Below the pieces are notes generated by a model. It did not search any database and was not told the origin of the DNA. It was given only the letters and a program-made list of their open reading frames with translations. A stretch of 64,000 bases of DNA. Origin: Eledone cirrhosa. Its lineage: Eukaryota. A program made the position numbers and the translations under genes. Position 1 is the stretch's first letter. Each line of letters starts with the position of its first letter. This document shows positions 28,661-42,099 of the stretch, piece after piece. The stretch is taken from positions 33,666,001-33,730,000 of the forward strand of contig OZ024741.1 in NCBI GenBank assembly GCA_964016885.1, read 5' to 3'.

Positions 28661-28853
28661 TACACGAATTCGACTGAAAAGTTCATAGGTTGACCAAGAT
28701 ACTCTCATGGAATGACAAAATGAGGTTTATTTTTCAACATAGTCTCTGAAAAGAAACAATGCAGTTATTAATAAGAAGAGTTGAAATTGATGCATGCAAG
28801 ATTTCACGACTCTAGCATCACTCCTTCATAGAACTTTTCAGCACACCTTTGTA
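28661..28853. mobile_element. Mariner-type MITE (inverted relative of 40048-40249)
   Basis: ctgaaaagttc...gaacttttcag TIR cores; interior is the reverse complement of the 40048 copy. Confidence 0.75.
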
Positions 28854-29399
28854 CATATATACAGGCAAACAGACAGACAAACTACCCACCCCGCTCTTGT
28901 TCCACCCCACCCCCACTTATTCAATTTTGCTAATCTATCCCAGGTGGAATTTTACTTTAAGTGGTAGCCTTCCTGCGTCAATTAATTTTCTTTATATATT
29001 AAAAACATTATACATGACAAAAAAGTACATTACTAGAAATCCCATACATTATATAATAAATAGGATGGGTTGGGGTCTCAAGATGTAAACTATACCACTA
29101 ATTCTGGTTTTTAAAAAAATCAACGGAGACAACATAGAAAAATTACCGATTTTCTTCCCCCACCCAGCCGCCGCTTATCTCCACCCCCAATTATTTGGGA
29201 CCCGAGAGTAGACAAGAAGTAGTAAATAATTCAATGTTGAGAATAAGCTATTGTATAAATATAGTTATTCATATTCTTATCAGATGGCTGCGAGGTTTCA
29301 GCAGAAAATGTAGTCACGAGAGAAGAAATCTTTCTCACTCCTTCACCCACTCTCTATCTATTTCCTTGATTGCCTGTCTATCTATATATCTGTCTATCC

Positions 29400-30217
29400 A
29401 CCCTTGGAGAGTCGCTGGACATGGAAGAAGACGAACTGGCCAGCCCGTTCGGTAGGACTTTCGGCCCAGGACCAATGGACAACTTCCAGAAGTCACTGGC
29501 CTGGCAGTGCTACCGGGGGGCTCTACCCGTTCGAGAGAGGCTCTACAGACACGGGCGCCCGGGCAGGGATCCCTCAAAAAAGATTTGCCCTAGATGCGTG
29601 CGTCACGAAGAAACCGTTGCGCACGCATTGGTGCAATGTCCGGGCGTGGCTGATCTGTGGGGCTACGCCGAACGACTGCTGTCGCGGGTGGCGCCGATTA
29701 AATTGACCGCCGAGTCCGTGATGACAATCAAACCGCCTCCCCTCTTCACAAAGGAAGCAAAGGCGGTTTTTCTGTGCGTAATAGCCATGTTGAAAGAGGT
29801 TGTTTGGTGGACACGATTGAAAGGTCTGAGGTCAGGCAACTTCCTCTCTGGCCATAGTCTGGTCTACTTCTTCCGATATCACTTCGGAAGAAGGATAAGA
29901 ATGGAGAGAGAGGTGCTTGGCCACAGGCAGTTTTATGAAAGGTGGGTGATAGTGGCGAGAATGGCTCGTGTAAATGGGCCTTCTCTGTATACCATCCTGT
30001 AGGTAAAGAAGTAAAGGAGAGGGGAGCACCTTCTCCGTGTGCTCCCCGGGCAAAGGATTGCACACTTTTTCGGGGGTGTGTGCAACCCCCATCACGTCCC
30101 CTCCCTTTTGAGGTTATTTTCGATTATTTTCATGTTACACCCTTTTTACTCGATTATATGTAAACTCCCCCTTTGTATTTGTCCCTTCTTTTTATGCCTT
30201 TATGGTAAATAAAGAAA
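29400..30217 (+). mobile_element. 5'-truncated Tx1/L1-type non-LTR retrotransposon: ORF2 C-terminal zf-RVT (29400-30002) and 3'UTR
   Basis: SLAWQCYRGALPVRERL..CPRC..EETVAHALVQC..LW is the zf-RVT CCHC signature; ends aataaagaaa abutting (TCTA)n. Confidence 0.88.
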
Positions 30218-30325
30218 TCTATCTATATATCTGTCTATCTATATATCTGTCTATCTATATATCTGTCTATCTATCAATCTGTCTGTCTATCTATCTGTGT
30301 ATCTTTCTTTCTTTCTATCTATCTA

Positions 30326-30512
30326 GGTGGATTGGCAGTATCGGTAGAGGGTCGGATGCCATGCTTTGACACATAGAGTTACGGCCCTTGCCATTCTGAG
30401 TTAAAATCCCGCCGAGGTTAACTTTGCCTTCCATCCTTACGGGGTCGATAAAATAAAGTACCAGTAATGCACTGGGTAATTGCTGGCCTTGTGCCAAAAG
30501 TAGAAACAATTA
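30326..30512 (+). mobile_element. SINE family B, full length
   Basis: ggtggattggcagtatcggtagag head, B box, Meta-like core, tail gtagaaacaatta. Confidence 0.9.
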
Positions 30513-30547
30513 TGCCCCTGTGGCTAATAAAGAAATTTATCTATCTG

Positions 30548-31497
30548 ACTGGCACATCGAATGTGCTCATGCGCTCACAGTCCTCTGGCAAACGAACCCG
30601 GCGATCAGTGGAGACTCCACTTCGACATTCTATAGAGGGTTGGTCCGCAGCAAGTGCCACGACACGCTCGGAGAAACTCTAGGCGTAGAGAAGGACGAAC
30701 TGACCAGTCTGTTCGGTAGGACCTTCCGCCCGGGACCAATGGACAACTTCCAAAAGTCCCTGGCCTGGCAGTGCTACCGAGGAGCTCTACCAGTTCGAGA
30801 CAAGCTCTACAGACACGGGCACCTGGGTAGGGACCCTTCGAAAAAGATCTGTCCGAGATACGTGCGCGACGAGGAAACCGTCGCACACGCATTTGTACAC
30901 TGCCCGGGCGTTACCGACCTGTGGGGCTATGTAGAACGACTATTGTCGCGGGTGGGGCCAATCCAGTTGACCACCGAGTCCATTGTCATGATCAAACCGC
31001 CACCCTCCTTCAAAAACGAAGGAGGGGTGGTTTTCCTATGTGTTATGGCTATGGTGAAAGAAGTTATATGGTGGACGAGGTTAAAAGGGCGGAGGTCAGA
31101 CACCTTTCTCTCCGGCGAGCAACTGATTCGTTTTTTCAAATATCATTTTGGAAGAAGAATCAGGATGGAGAGAGAGGTGCTGTACCCCAGCAAATTTTAT
31201 AAATGGTGGGTGAATGTGGCAAAGATGGCCCAAGTGGTTGGGCCTTCTCTCTATATAAGCCTGTAGGTTGAGGAAAAAGAGGAAGAGAAGAAGTGAGTAC
31301 TCACTCTTGGTGCTCCTGGAGATGAGGGTTGTAAATTTTTTCGGGGTGTGTACAACCCCTGTGTAACACCTGCCCCCTATTGGGGATTTCAATTGTTATT
31401 TGTTGTTTTATTAATAGTTTTATTTTCATATACCTGTATGTAAACTCCCCATTTGTATTTGCCCCCTTCTTTTGTGCCCTTGTGGCTAATTAAGAAA
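30548..31497 (+). mobile_element. Second 5'-truncated Tx1/L1-type copy (zf-RVT ORF fragment 30548-31266)
   Basis: Paralogue of the 29400 copy (MDNFQKSLAWQCYRGALPVRDKLYRHG..ICPRY..EETVAHAFVHC); same 3' end followed by (TATC)n. Confidence 0.88.
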
Positions 31498-31613
31498 TTT
31501 ATCTACCTATATACCTATCTATCTATCTATCTGACTGTCTATATATCTATCTTTCTACCTACCTATTTACCTAACTATCTAGCTATTTATCTATTTATTT
31601 ATTTATCTATCCA

Positions 31614-31686
<73 letters not shown>

Positions 31687-31933
31687 ATATATATAGCGAG
31701 AGAGAGAGAGAAGAAATCTCTTTCTCTCTGCTTCTCCCACTCTCTATTTACTTGTTTGTATGTCTGTCTATTACCTTCTCTCTCCCTCTCTCTCTATCTA
31801 TCTTTATCTCTATCTATATATCTATATATCTCACTTCTCACTTCCCCTACCTTTTACTACATATATATAAATGTATATATGTGTATATATGTATGTGTGT
31901 ATATATACATGTATTTATGTATGTATGTACGTA

Positions 31934-31986
<53 letters not shown>

Positions 31987-32557
31987 GTGTGTGTGTGTAT
32001 GTGTGTAGAGTGAGATGGTGTGGTTGGGAGTCATATGAAGTGTGTTTCATGTCTCACAAAACACACTGGCCAGACATGACGTCCAGTAAAATAGACTACA
32101 CAGAAAATTATTAAAATATGTATAAAAAGAAAAAACAAACTATAAAACTAACAAATACAATACAAAAGACAAAACGAAAAACGAAACAAGAAATTAATGC
32201 ATCGCTATTTCAGGAATTTAATATTCTAGTTGTAGTAATCCCAGTGTGACACAATAGAGATTTGTTTGTAATTTATGCCTGAAATCTTCATCCTTAGGAA
32301 CAATAAATGAACGACTATGTCCTATGTAAGAAACAGTGCTGTCCATAACAACACTCACAATGTAGTTATTATTTATATTTTTATTTTTAATTTTTGTGTT
32401 AGGTTGTTTGATACAGATGTATTCTTCATAAACCTACTCTATACATACATACATATGTGTATGTATGTATATATGTATACATATGTTTATGCATATATAT
32501 ATATAGACATATATGAATATTTTATTACATTCAAAGTTAAGGATGTCATGATTGATA

Positions 32558-32645
<88 letters not shown>

Positions 32646-33557
32646 TATCAATCATGACATCCTTAACTTTGAATGTAATAAAATATTCATATATGTCTAT
32701 ATATATATATATATTTGTATATATATGCATAAACATATGTATCTCTTTCTCATTGCCTGTCTTTCGTTCTCTATGTCTACAACTATACAATTCCTATATT
32801 TACATAGTGATTCAATCGCTAACACATCATCAGATTAGAGTGAAATTTTAATATTGTTGAAAATCCTAAATGAGAATGAAACATTTAGTATTATCTCTCA
32901 TATTTGTCGACCAAAAAAATTAATATTAGCCACCAACTTTTATAATAATGTTTTACATTATATTTTTCTTTACATAATTTAGATTTTAAGATTACAAGTT
33001 ATAAAAATATATTTACCAACTGAATATTCTACAGGTTTATTAAAAATATTTCATGAAGAAAAGAAGCTTTCCAATAGAACAAGGATATTTCATTAGAATT
33101 TAGACATCAATTACTCGTGGGTCGCCAATAATAGAGCGGGGGTGGAATAAGTGGTGGGAGTTGGTAACTTTTCTAGGTTGATTTAAAAAAAAAACAATTA
33201 TTGAGGCCCCGAACAATCGTATTTATTTTATAACATATGGGATTGCTAATAATGAACTTTTTTGTCGTGTATAATGTTTTTTAATGCCCAAAGAAAATTA
33301 CTTGTCGCAGGAATGCTACCACTTAAAATAAAATTTCGCCAGAGATACAACATTTAATAAGCGGGAGAGGGGGATATGGCTGAAAACAAATCTGAAAAAT
33401 TAATACGATTATTCGAGGCACGAGAGTACTACGATCATTGAGATCGGAACTTAATGTGTGATGTGAGTTAAAGACGTGACAAGTTGAGTTTAATCTCTTT
33501 TATTAAGGGTTTTACATATTTTCTTAGTAATCTTTTACATTTGATTTGGAATAATAC

Positions 33558-33666
33558 CTGGTCTCGTAATATCTGGTCTCTGGGGGAGTCATATGGGTGC
33601 CGTCTTGACATACGGCGTTTCTAAGGCCCTTTTTAAAACCTGGCAGAACCCATCTCTTCTCTAGGT
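33558..33666 (-). CDS. Candidate internal coding exon of an unidentified host gene
   Basis: Minus strand tgctgtattcag|...ACCAG|gtatta; 109 nt, open in phase 1 (DLEKRWVLPGFKKGLRNAVCQDGTHMTPPETRYYET) and phase-compatible with the exon ending at 44005. Confidence 0.5.
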
Positions 33667-33942
33667 CTGAATACAGCAAATTTCTTCCAGAGAAGGATAG
33701 AGTGGGAGAGAGAAGAAGTGAGAAAGAGATGTAGAGGATGAATCGGTCCCAGTACTTAAATGGTACTCTTTTATCGACCTCGAATAGATGAACGGCAAAG
33801 TTGACATTGGTAAAGTTGACTTGACATTGTTGTTGTTGTTACAGCTCACACCTATGCAGGTTTAGCTGGCCTCCTCCAAGGTATATCTCGTTTGAGGTGT
33901 CTTGGGTGATTTAATGATAGGGACCCCAGTCCTATCATCTCA

Positions 33943-34070
33943 TTTCTACAGCTGAGTAAACTGGAGCAACGTCTTGCTAAAGGAAAATAACACATCACCC
34001 GATCTGAGAATTCAACTCACAACCTTTCGATTGCAAGCCCAATGCTCTAACCACTAAGCCATGCGCCTTC
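33943..34070 (-). mobile_element. SINE family A 5' part, between two halves of an older family B copy (33745-33815 and 34072-34176)
   Basis: ctacagctgagtaaactggagcaacg..ctctaaccactaagccatgcgccttc. Confidence 0.75.
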
Positions 34071-34270
34071 GCTAACTTTGACATTGGCTGGATTTAAACT
34101 CAACGAACAGAGAGCCGAAACGAATTCCGCAAAGCATTCTATCCGACGTTCTAACGACTCTGCCAATTCGCCGCCTAATTTAGAAGAAAAACTTTCCTAA
34201 ATCCATTCGACCATTGACTGACGCTTCAAGACGTTCACAGCTCCATTGTCAGAATGAAGGGATTGTAATA

Positions 34271-34459
34271 CTTGTTTCTACTTTTTGGCACAAGGCCAGC
34301 AATTAACCAGTGCATTACTGGTACTTTATTTTATCGACCCCGTAAGGATGAAAGGCAAAGTTAACCTCGGCGGGATTTGAACTCAGACCATAAAGGGCCG
34401 TAACTCTTTGCTGCAAAGCATGGCGTCCGACCTTCTACCGATACTGGCAATCCACCGCC
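34271..34459 (-). mobile_element. SINE family B, full length
   Basis: Reverse complement of 30326-30512. Confidence 0.9.
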
Positions 34460-35036
34460 ATAGAAGAAAAACCTAATTTAGAAGAAAAACTTACCTAAAT
34501 CCATTCGACCATTGATTGACGCTTCAAGACGTTCACAGCTTCATTGTCAGAATGAAGGGATTGTAATAATGGCGTGTTATCACGCATTTTGTAGTAGGCC
34601 GCAAAGGATCATGAGAATAATGGTCAAGTCGTCAACGCCAGATTAATTTCACGTATGCTGTATCTGTGTGATGGTGTTTGGTTTGTATTTAGTTATTAGT
34701 AAAGCTTCCACAACCACTCTTTAATCGCACATCAAACACCCATTGTAATATATACAATTCCCATGAAAACTTCATGGTTAAAACTGCTACCTTGGACACA
34801 GAAATACGATACTTTCTCATAGGTTGCCATCGTAAAACATTTTAATATATTATACGAAATAATATTAGAAAACATTAGCTGACAATGCTATAGTTTTATA
34901 TAGAATTCCACAAATCGGTGGGTTCCAGCAATGGCAATCTCATCTCATATTCTGTTACAGGGTATTTCTTAATTACATTATTTGTAAGTTGTTGTTGTTG
35001 TTGTTTAGCCATAGATCAGCTCTGAACAGGCTTATA

Positions 35037-35241
35037 ATGGTTTCTGATTTAGACACAAGGCCAACAAGTTTGAGTGAGAGGAAAGTCGGTTAAATCGACC
35101 CCAGTGCATTACTGGTACTTTATTTTATCGACCCCGTAAGGATGAAAGGCAAAGTTAACCTCGGCAGGATTTGAACTCGGCGTAAAGTGCCCTAACTCTA
35201 TTCCGGAAAGCATATTGTCCGATGCTCTACTGATCACCGCC
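35037..35241 (-). mobile_element. SINE family B
   Basis: actggtactttattttatcgaccccgtaaggatgaaaggcaaagttaacctcggcaggatttgaactc. Confidence 0.85.
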
Positions 35242-35684
35242 CTGGACAGACATATAATGAAAGATATTTCAACTCTGACACCATCCCGGGATCTTGTTTT
35301 TTTTTTGGGGGGGGGGGTCCATGTTTGAGTTTTTTTCGTTTTTGTTATTTCATCTTCAGTCTTAGTCAACATTGTACAATGTATTCTTATATTTATTATG
35401 ATTTGAAGAATATTAGGTTACTATTTCTAGCAGTTCATATAAGGACGTGGAACAAGGCTTGTGGAATATTGCAAATGTATAAGACTCTTTACACTGATTG
35501 CATCAGTTCTAGGGAAACTAATAAATCTTTAATTTTAGAAATTGGTAGTTGTGTAACTTACACTACATTAAAGAGAAGTATGTATTTCGTACTGTAATTT
35601 TCGAATTTGAATGTGAACGAAATTTTCCCTTTACATACAAGAGATTTGAAGAATAGACCTCATTACTGCTTCATGTGAAACCCT

Positions 35685-36001
35685 TACCGGGGTGCTGAAA
35701 AGTTCCTGGCTTTGGATAAAAGAAAATACTAGAGGATCAGTTAAAAGAAAATACAGGAGGATCAGTTAAAAGAGAATAGAGCGGGGATCAGTTAAAAGAG
35801 AAAATAGGAGGATCAGTTAAAGGAAAATACTGGAGGATCAGTTAAAAGAAAATATAGGAAGATCAATTAATTACGATTTTATTCAACATATTCCCCTCTC
35901 AGATTCACACACTTATTGCAGCAGTCCTACCTCCCCTGTAAAGGTAACAGCTCTATCCTTTCGTGACACCCTTAAACCAGGAACCTTTCAGCTCCCCGAT
36001 A
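35685..36001. mobile_element. Mariner-type MITE with internal ~27-bp tandem repeat
   Basis: TA|CCGGGGTGCTGAAAAGTTCCTGG...CCAGGAACCTTTCAGCTCCCCG; five aaaagaaaata..gaggatcagtt units; related right end at 9955-10028. Confidence 0.75.
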
Positions 36002-36298
36002 TATGGATAAATATAGAAAATAAATGACATTTAAGCATTACAGTTTGAAAATCAGACTTAGGATGATTCTAAGATTTCTTTATTTTTTCGAATAGGTTAC
36101 TTTGCCGGTCCTGTTAAAAGAGACAAACATGCGGTAAAATTAAATAGTGTTAGTGTTGGGTTTGGGTTTGAGTTTGGGTTAGGGTTAAGGTTTAAATTTG
36201 TTTTGATAATTGGTGATGAAAATAAATAAACTTCTGTGTTAAATCTGTGTGTTGTTATTTGTAACATTACCTGCCTTCATAATAAGGGTTTTTGATGG

Positions 36299-36455
36299 AG
36301 GCACAAGGCCAACAATTTTGTGAGAGAGGAAAGTCAATTTAATCGACCCAGTGTATTACTGGTTCTTTATTTTATCGAACCGTAGCGATGAAAGGCAAAG
36401 CTAACCTCGGATGGATTTGAATTCAGAACGTAAATGGCCATAACTAAATACTGCA
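36299..36455 (-). mobile_element. SINE family B, diverged
   Basis: ggcacaaggcc..actggttctttattttatcg..gatgaaaggcaaag..ggatttgaattcag. Confidence 0.8.
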
Positions 36456-36973
36456 ACCTTATGAGCAAAATAGCCTGGCTATCTATTTTACCGAGACTGG
36501 CAAAATAGCCTCTTCCTGATTTTTTTATACATTGAAATAGATTTCTCTCTGACTAAACACCACTCATAGGGAACTTTTCAGCACCCGGTACATTTATTGG
36601 ACGTGATGTGGGTTTCAAGAGTATCGTAATACAAACATAAAACTAAAAAATAAAAAAGGATACAGGCGGATAATTAATGACTTGGGGAAAATACTGCAAC
36701 GACACTAATGATTATACATAAAATAAGTTTAGTTGTTATGGCAATAAAGTAGGGAGAGTCGTTAAGGCGGGGGTGTCGTAGGGCATACACACATGCACAC
36801 ACACACACACACACAAACACAAACACACACACACACACACATGCACATACAAATACACGTTGATGAGTATATAATTAGCTTGTATACTTTGTGTATATAA
36901 GTGTACGTATGTGTATTATGTATATGTGTATGGATGTGTATTATGTATATATATATATGTGTGTGTGTGTATG

Positions 36974-37099
<126 letters not shown>

Positions 37100-37113
37100 C
37101 ACACATATATAAT

Positions 37114-37240
37114 GAAGGCGTGTGGCTGAGTGGTTAGAGAATTGAATTCGCAATCGTGGGGTTGTGAGTTCGATTCCCGTACTAGGTGATTCGCTTTGTC
37201 CTTGAGCAAGACGACACTTTATTTCACGTTGCTCCTTCTA
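37114..37240 (+). mobile_element. SINE family A, 5' part
   Basis: gaaggcgtgtggctgagtggttagag..gagttcgattcccg..ccttgagcaagac..actttatttcacgttgctcc. Confidence 0.85.
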
Positions 37241-37423
37241 CCTGGAGTTGCAATTGGAAAGACCAATGGAAACATTGTTTCCTCGGTCCGATTGGACGAA
37301 AGTCAATCGACTGTCGATATATATATATATATATATATATACTCGATACGACCCGACGGATGAGTTCTTGCCGTTTCAATAACTAGTCCCAGATAACATA
37401 CATATACTATGTACATATATATG

Positions 37424-37491
<68 letters not shown>

Positions 37492-37612
37492 AGGTGAGTT
37501 TTATTGTAACAACAATAAAGCAATGCAAATATCGGATAAGTAGCACTCCACAGTTTATAGGACTGGAGTATAAATAATATAAGATCAAAAGATGGTTAAA
37601 AGAGTTCCAAGT

Positions 37613-37681
37613 ATTTTATTATGCGCATTTCAAAAACAAATATCATCATGGGATGATATTTGCGTTCTCATCAGATAAAAT
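37613..37681 (-). ncRNA. Type I hammerhead ribozyme
   Basis: Minus strand ATTTTAT-CTGATGA-GAACGCAAATATCATC-CCAT-GATGATATTTGTTTTT-GAAA-TGCGCA-TA-ATAAAAT; palindromic stem III. Confidence 0.88.
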
Positions 37682-38009
37682 AGGGAGACATGATATGAAG
37701 CTTAAAAAACACTTGCGAGCAGTGAAGTGTTAAATCAACATATGAAAAAAAAAGTAAGATGGATATATGAGATTGGGAAAAAAGGAGGGGGGTAAGAAAA
37801 GGTAAGGAAGAAGAAGAAAGAAAATAAAGAATGACGGGGGAGGAGTATAAGAAGGAAGGATGAGAGAGGAGGAGAAATGAGTGATAGAGAGAGAGAAATA
37901 GCCTTTACAACTGAGAAAACATTATATATATATATATCAGTAATTCTTTGCTTATATATATATAGAGAGGTGTTATTTTTGATGTTAATGTTGGCTATTC
38001 TACCTCATT

Positions 38010-38113
38010 ATGAGACCATACTCAGACTCTCACGCCGCCGTCAGATGAGACCATACTCAGACTCTCACGCCGCCGTCAGATGAGACCATACTCAGACTCT
38101 CACGCCGCCGTCA
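38010..38113. repeat. 35-bp tandem repeat, three copies
   Basis: tgagaccatactcagactctcacgccgccgtcaga at 38011, 38046 and 38081. Confidence 0.95.
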
Positions 38114-38207
38114 ACGGTCATAAGACATTTCAAAGACGTTACTGCTTAAAAGAAAGTATATCGTAATACGAAAAAAATAGGCAAGGTAAATAAATGTAAA
38201 TATATGA

Positions 38208-38331
<124 letters not shown>

Positions 38332-38339
38332 TAATATAT

Positions 38340-38530
<191 letters not shown>

Positions 38531-38556
38531 TCATATATTTACATTTATTTACCTTG

Positions 38557-38640
<84 letters not shown>

Positions 38641-38647
38641 ATATACT

Positions 38648-38692
<45 letters not shown>

Positions 38693-38831
38693 CACTTGCA
38701 GTTTGGATTTTACATATATATCTCTTTCTCTCTATATATGTGTGTGTGTAAGTGTGTGTATGTGTGTATATATATATGTATATATATTAGATAACATCTG
38801 TCTGACGACTGATCCAGGCGTATATTATTAT

Positions 38832-39023
38832 CGGTGGTTTGACAGTATCGGTAGAGCGTCAGACGTCATGCTTTGCAGCATAGGAGTTATGGCCTTTTAC
38901 GCTCTGAGTTCAAATCCCACTGAGGTTAACTTTGCCTTTCATCCTTACGGGGTCGATAAAATAAAGTACCAGTAATGTACTGGGGTATTTGCTGGCCTTG
39001 TGCCAAAAGTAGAAACAATTATT
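38832..39023 (+). mobile_element. SINE family B, full length
   Basis: Same head, core and tail as 30326-30512. Confidence 0.9.
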
Positions 39024-39254
39024 ATCGTCTCTGATCCAGAAACCTTTGGTAAGGGAGTAGTTATATTTTGTTGTTCACTTTCTAAATAACAAACGTTATA
39101 TAAGTTCCCTGTCCTATATAGATTATATATTGTCTTCTTCTTCTTCTTTCCAGATCTACGCTCTTCTCACCGCCATCTATTTATTCATCAAGGTAAATGA
39201 AACTTACTTATTTTCTCAGTAGTGCAGCATACACACACACACACATACATATAA

Positions 39255-39318
<64 letters not shown>

Positions 39319-39443
39319 AGGGAGTGTAATGTGTCACTACTACAGCAGAGGTCCGACGAGCTTTTGATTTCAGAGTCGGGTTGGATTGATACAGATCGAA
39401 CCTTGAGCTGATCAATAGCAAAACGCGCGTCACCAATATATTC

Positions 39444-39545
<102 letters not shown>

Positions 39546-40047
39546 GTAATAATAATCGAAGTTGCAACTACTAGTAGCAGATTAACACTCGAGTCATCGA
39601 AGACTGTCACAAAGCACTCAATGAGAGAGTAATTAATAAATTTCTCCTCAGACTGAACACAAGAAGTTAGGATATAGTGACAGCATAAATAATGCGACCA
39701 GAGACATGTTGCCACAGTAACACTACAACAACTAACAATTCAAGGATATACATATATAGAAAGAGAGAGAGAGAGCTTGCGGTGTTGAGACCGAGAAGAC
39801 CATTAATCGTGGGAGTACTCAATACTTGAAGAGATGCAGAGTGGGTAAAATCTCGACCGCGACGCCAAGCGGTTTCAACTTGAAACCGCTTGGGGCTGCT
39901 GTTGGGGTTATCTGTGTGTGTGTGTGTGTGTCTATGGAATATAAGGAATTTAGAGAAAACCTATTTCATATTGTACAGTTACTTTGAGGCACTTCTGGAA
40001 TAAATACTTCAAGACACATTAAAGCCATTATTGTGTTCCAAGTGATG

Positions 40048-40249
40048 TACGAGGGTTGACTGAAAAGGTCATAGGCTAACTATGAAGGAATGATGCTAGA
40101 GCTGTGAAATCTTGCATGCATTAATTTCAACTCTTCTTATTAATAATTGCATCGGTTCTTTCCAGGGACTATGTTGAAAGATAAACCTCATTTGGTCATT
40201 CCATGAGAGTATCTTGGCCAGCCTATGAACTTTTCAGTCGAGCCTCGTA
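40048..40249. mobile_element. Mariner-type MITE
   Basis: TA|CGAGGGTTGACTGAAAAGGTCATAGGCT...AGCCTATGAACTTTTCAGTCGAGCCTCG|TA, ~28-bp TIRs and TA flanks. Confidence 0.85.
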
Positions 40250-40289
40250 TCTGTGTGTATGTATACATGTAATGCATGCATACACACAG

Positions 40290-40359
<70 letters not shown>

Positions 40360-40552
40360 AGACCGTCTCGCGCAGGAATATATAGATACGAGATAGAATA
40401 ATTACAGCTAAGCCACACTGATAAGGTAAGCTGATACCTATAGCTCCTGAACGTTCCTCCTTCCGCCTCTCTTTTCTAGGATCACTGGTTTCCTGTCAGA
40501 TCACACCATCGTTGCTCGATTTGGTGCAGCTCTCTCTCTCTCTCTCTCTTTC

Positions 40553-40925
<373 letters not shown>

Positions 40926-41128
40926 TCTCATTTATCTCATTTATTTGGACTGGATGTTGTGGTACCAACTTTATAGAGAGGGGGTGGTGTTGGTGGGAGT
41001 AGGAAGGTAGGGTAAGGGTAGTGGATTGGGGTGTATATTTGATTAAGAGGTGCCTACTGATATATATATATGGAGAAAAAGAGAGAGAGAGAGCTGTGTG
41101 TACATATATATAGATATATAGATATATT

Positions 41129-41188
<60 letters not shown>

Positions 41189-41194
<6 letters not shown>

Positions 41195-41402
41195 AGAGTC
41201 AGGACCCCGACAGCTGAGCACCTGCGGTTTCGACAACATATCCGATCTAGTAGGTCGGATCTAGTTGTGGAAACGGCCGGAGGTCAACCGTCGGGGTCCT
41301 GACTCTTTTCATTTTTTCCTATTACCCACTCTACTGCCTTAAGTATTGAGTACTCTGGTGCGTTATGGTCCACCTGGTATCTTACCATACCCTCTTTTTT
41401 CT
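41189..41402 (+). mobile_element. PLE 3'-end insertion with short 5' inversion (family of 13611)
   Basis: Shares cctattacccactctact..aagtattgagtactctggtgcgttatggtcca; atgaaaagagtcaggaccccgac/gtcggggtcctgactcttttcat inverted arms. Confidence 0.8.
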
Positions 41403-42030
41403 ATATATATATATAATTCTTCATTTTAATTTGTATATCACAAATGCAACAACACAGCACGTCATTTTTCATTCCTATATGCATTCCCCTTCGCTGTGAC
41501 CTGTCTTTTTCTCTTCCCTTATTGCTATCCTCTTTCTCTCTCCCCCTTCTCTTTTATTCACCCCCTCTGCTAGTCACCCTCTCTCGACTAGCCTCTTCCT
41601 CACACTTTAACTCACTCACTCTCTGCTACTCACCCTCTCTCTCACTTCCTCCATCATCCCACACCGTGCGAAATTCTTTCCTCGCTTACTTTCGCACTGT
41701 TAAGATGTGTCTTTCGTCTGCTCGTCAATATCCGCAAGTTCTTATGTTCAATTGAATCATTGACTTGATTTTCTCATGTTTTCCTCTCTTTACGTTGCCT
41801 CACCATTCCTGTTTGTTTACCTGTCTCTCTTTCTCCACCCAATTCTTTTTATCCCAATAAATTATTTTAGTTATTGTTCGCGCTAGCCTGAGGTTTCTGG
41901 TCTGTAATGCTAAGAAATACCTATGATGGCTAGTAGACCACTGATGATGGATAGTCGTGGCTTCTATTTCTAATTCTTCATTTTAATTTGTATGTCACAT
42001 ATGCAACAACACAGCACGCCATTTTTCATT

Positions 42031-42099
<69 letters not shown>

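Noticed and set aside
36155-36195. Telomeric repeat
   Set aside because: Only one exact TTAGGG within a short degenerate GGGTTT run.
40400-40450. CTGATAA hammerhead-like core
   Set aside because: No GAAA or closing stems.
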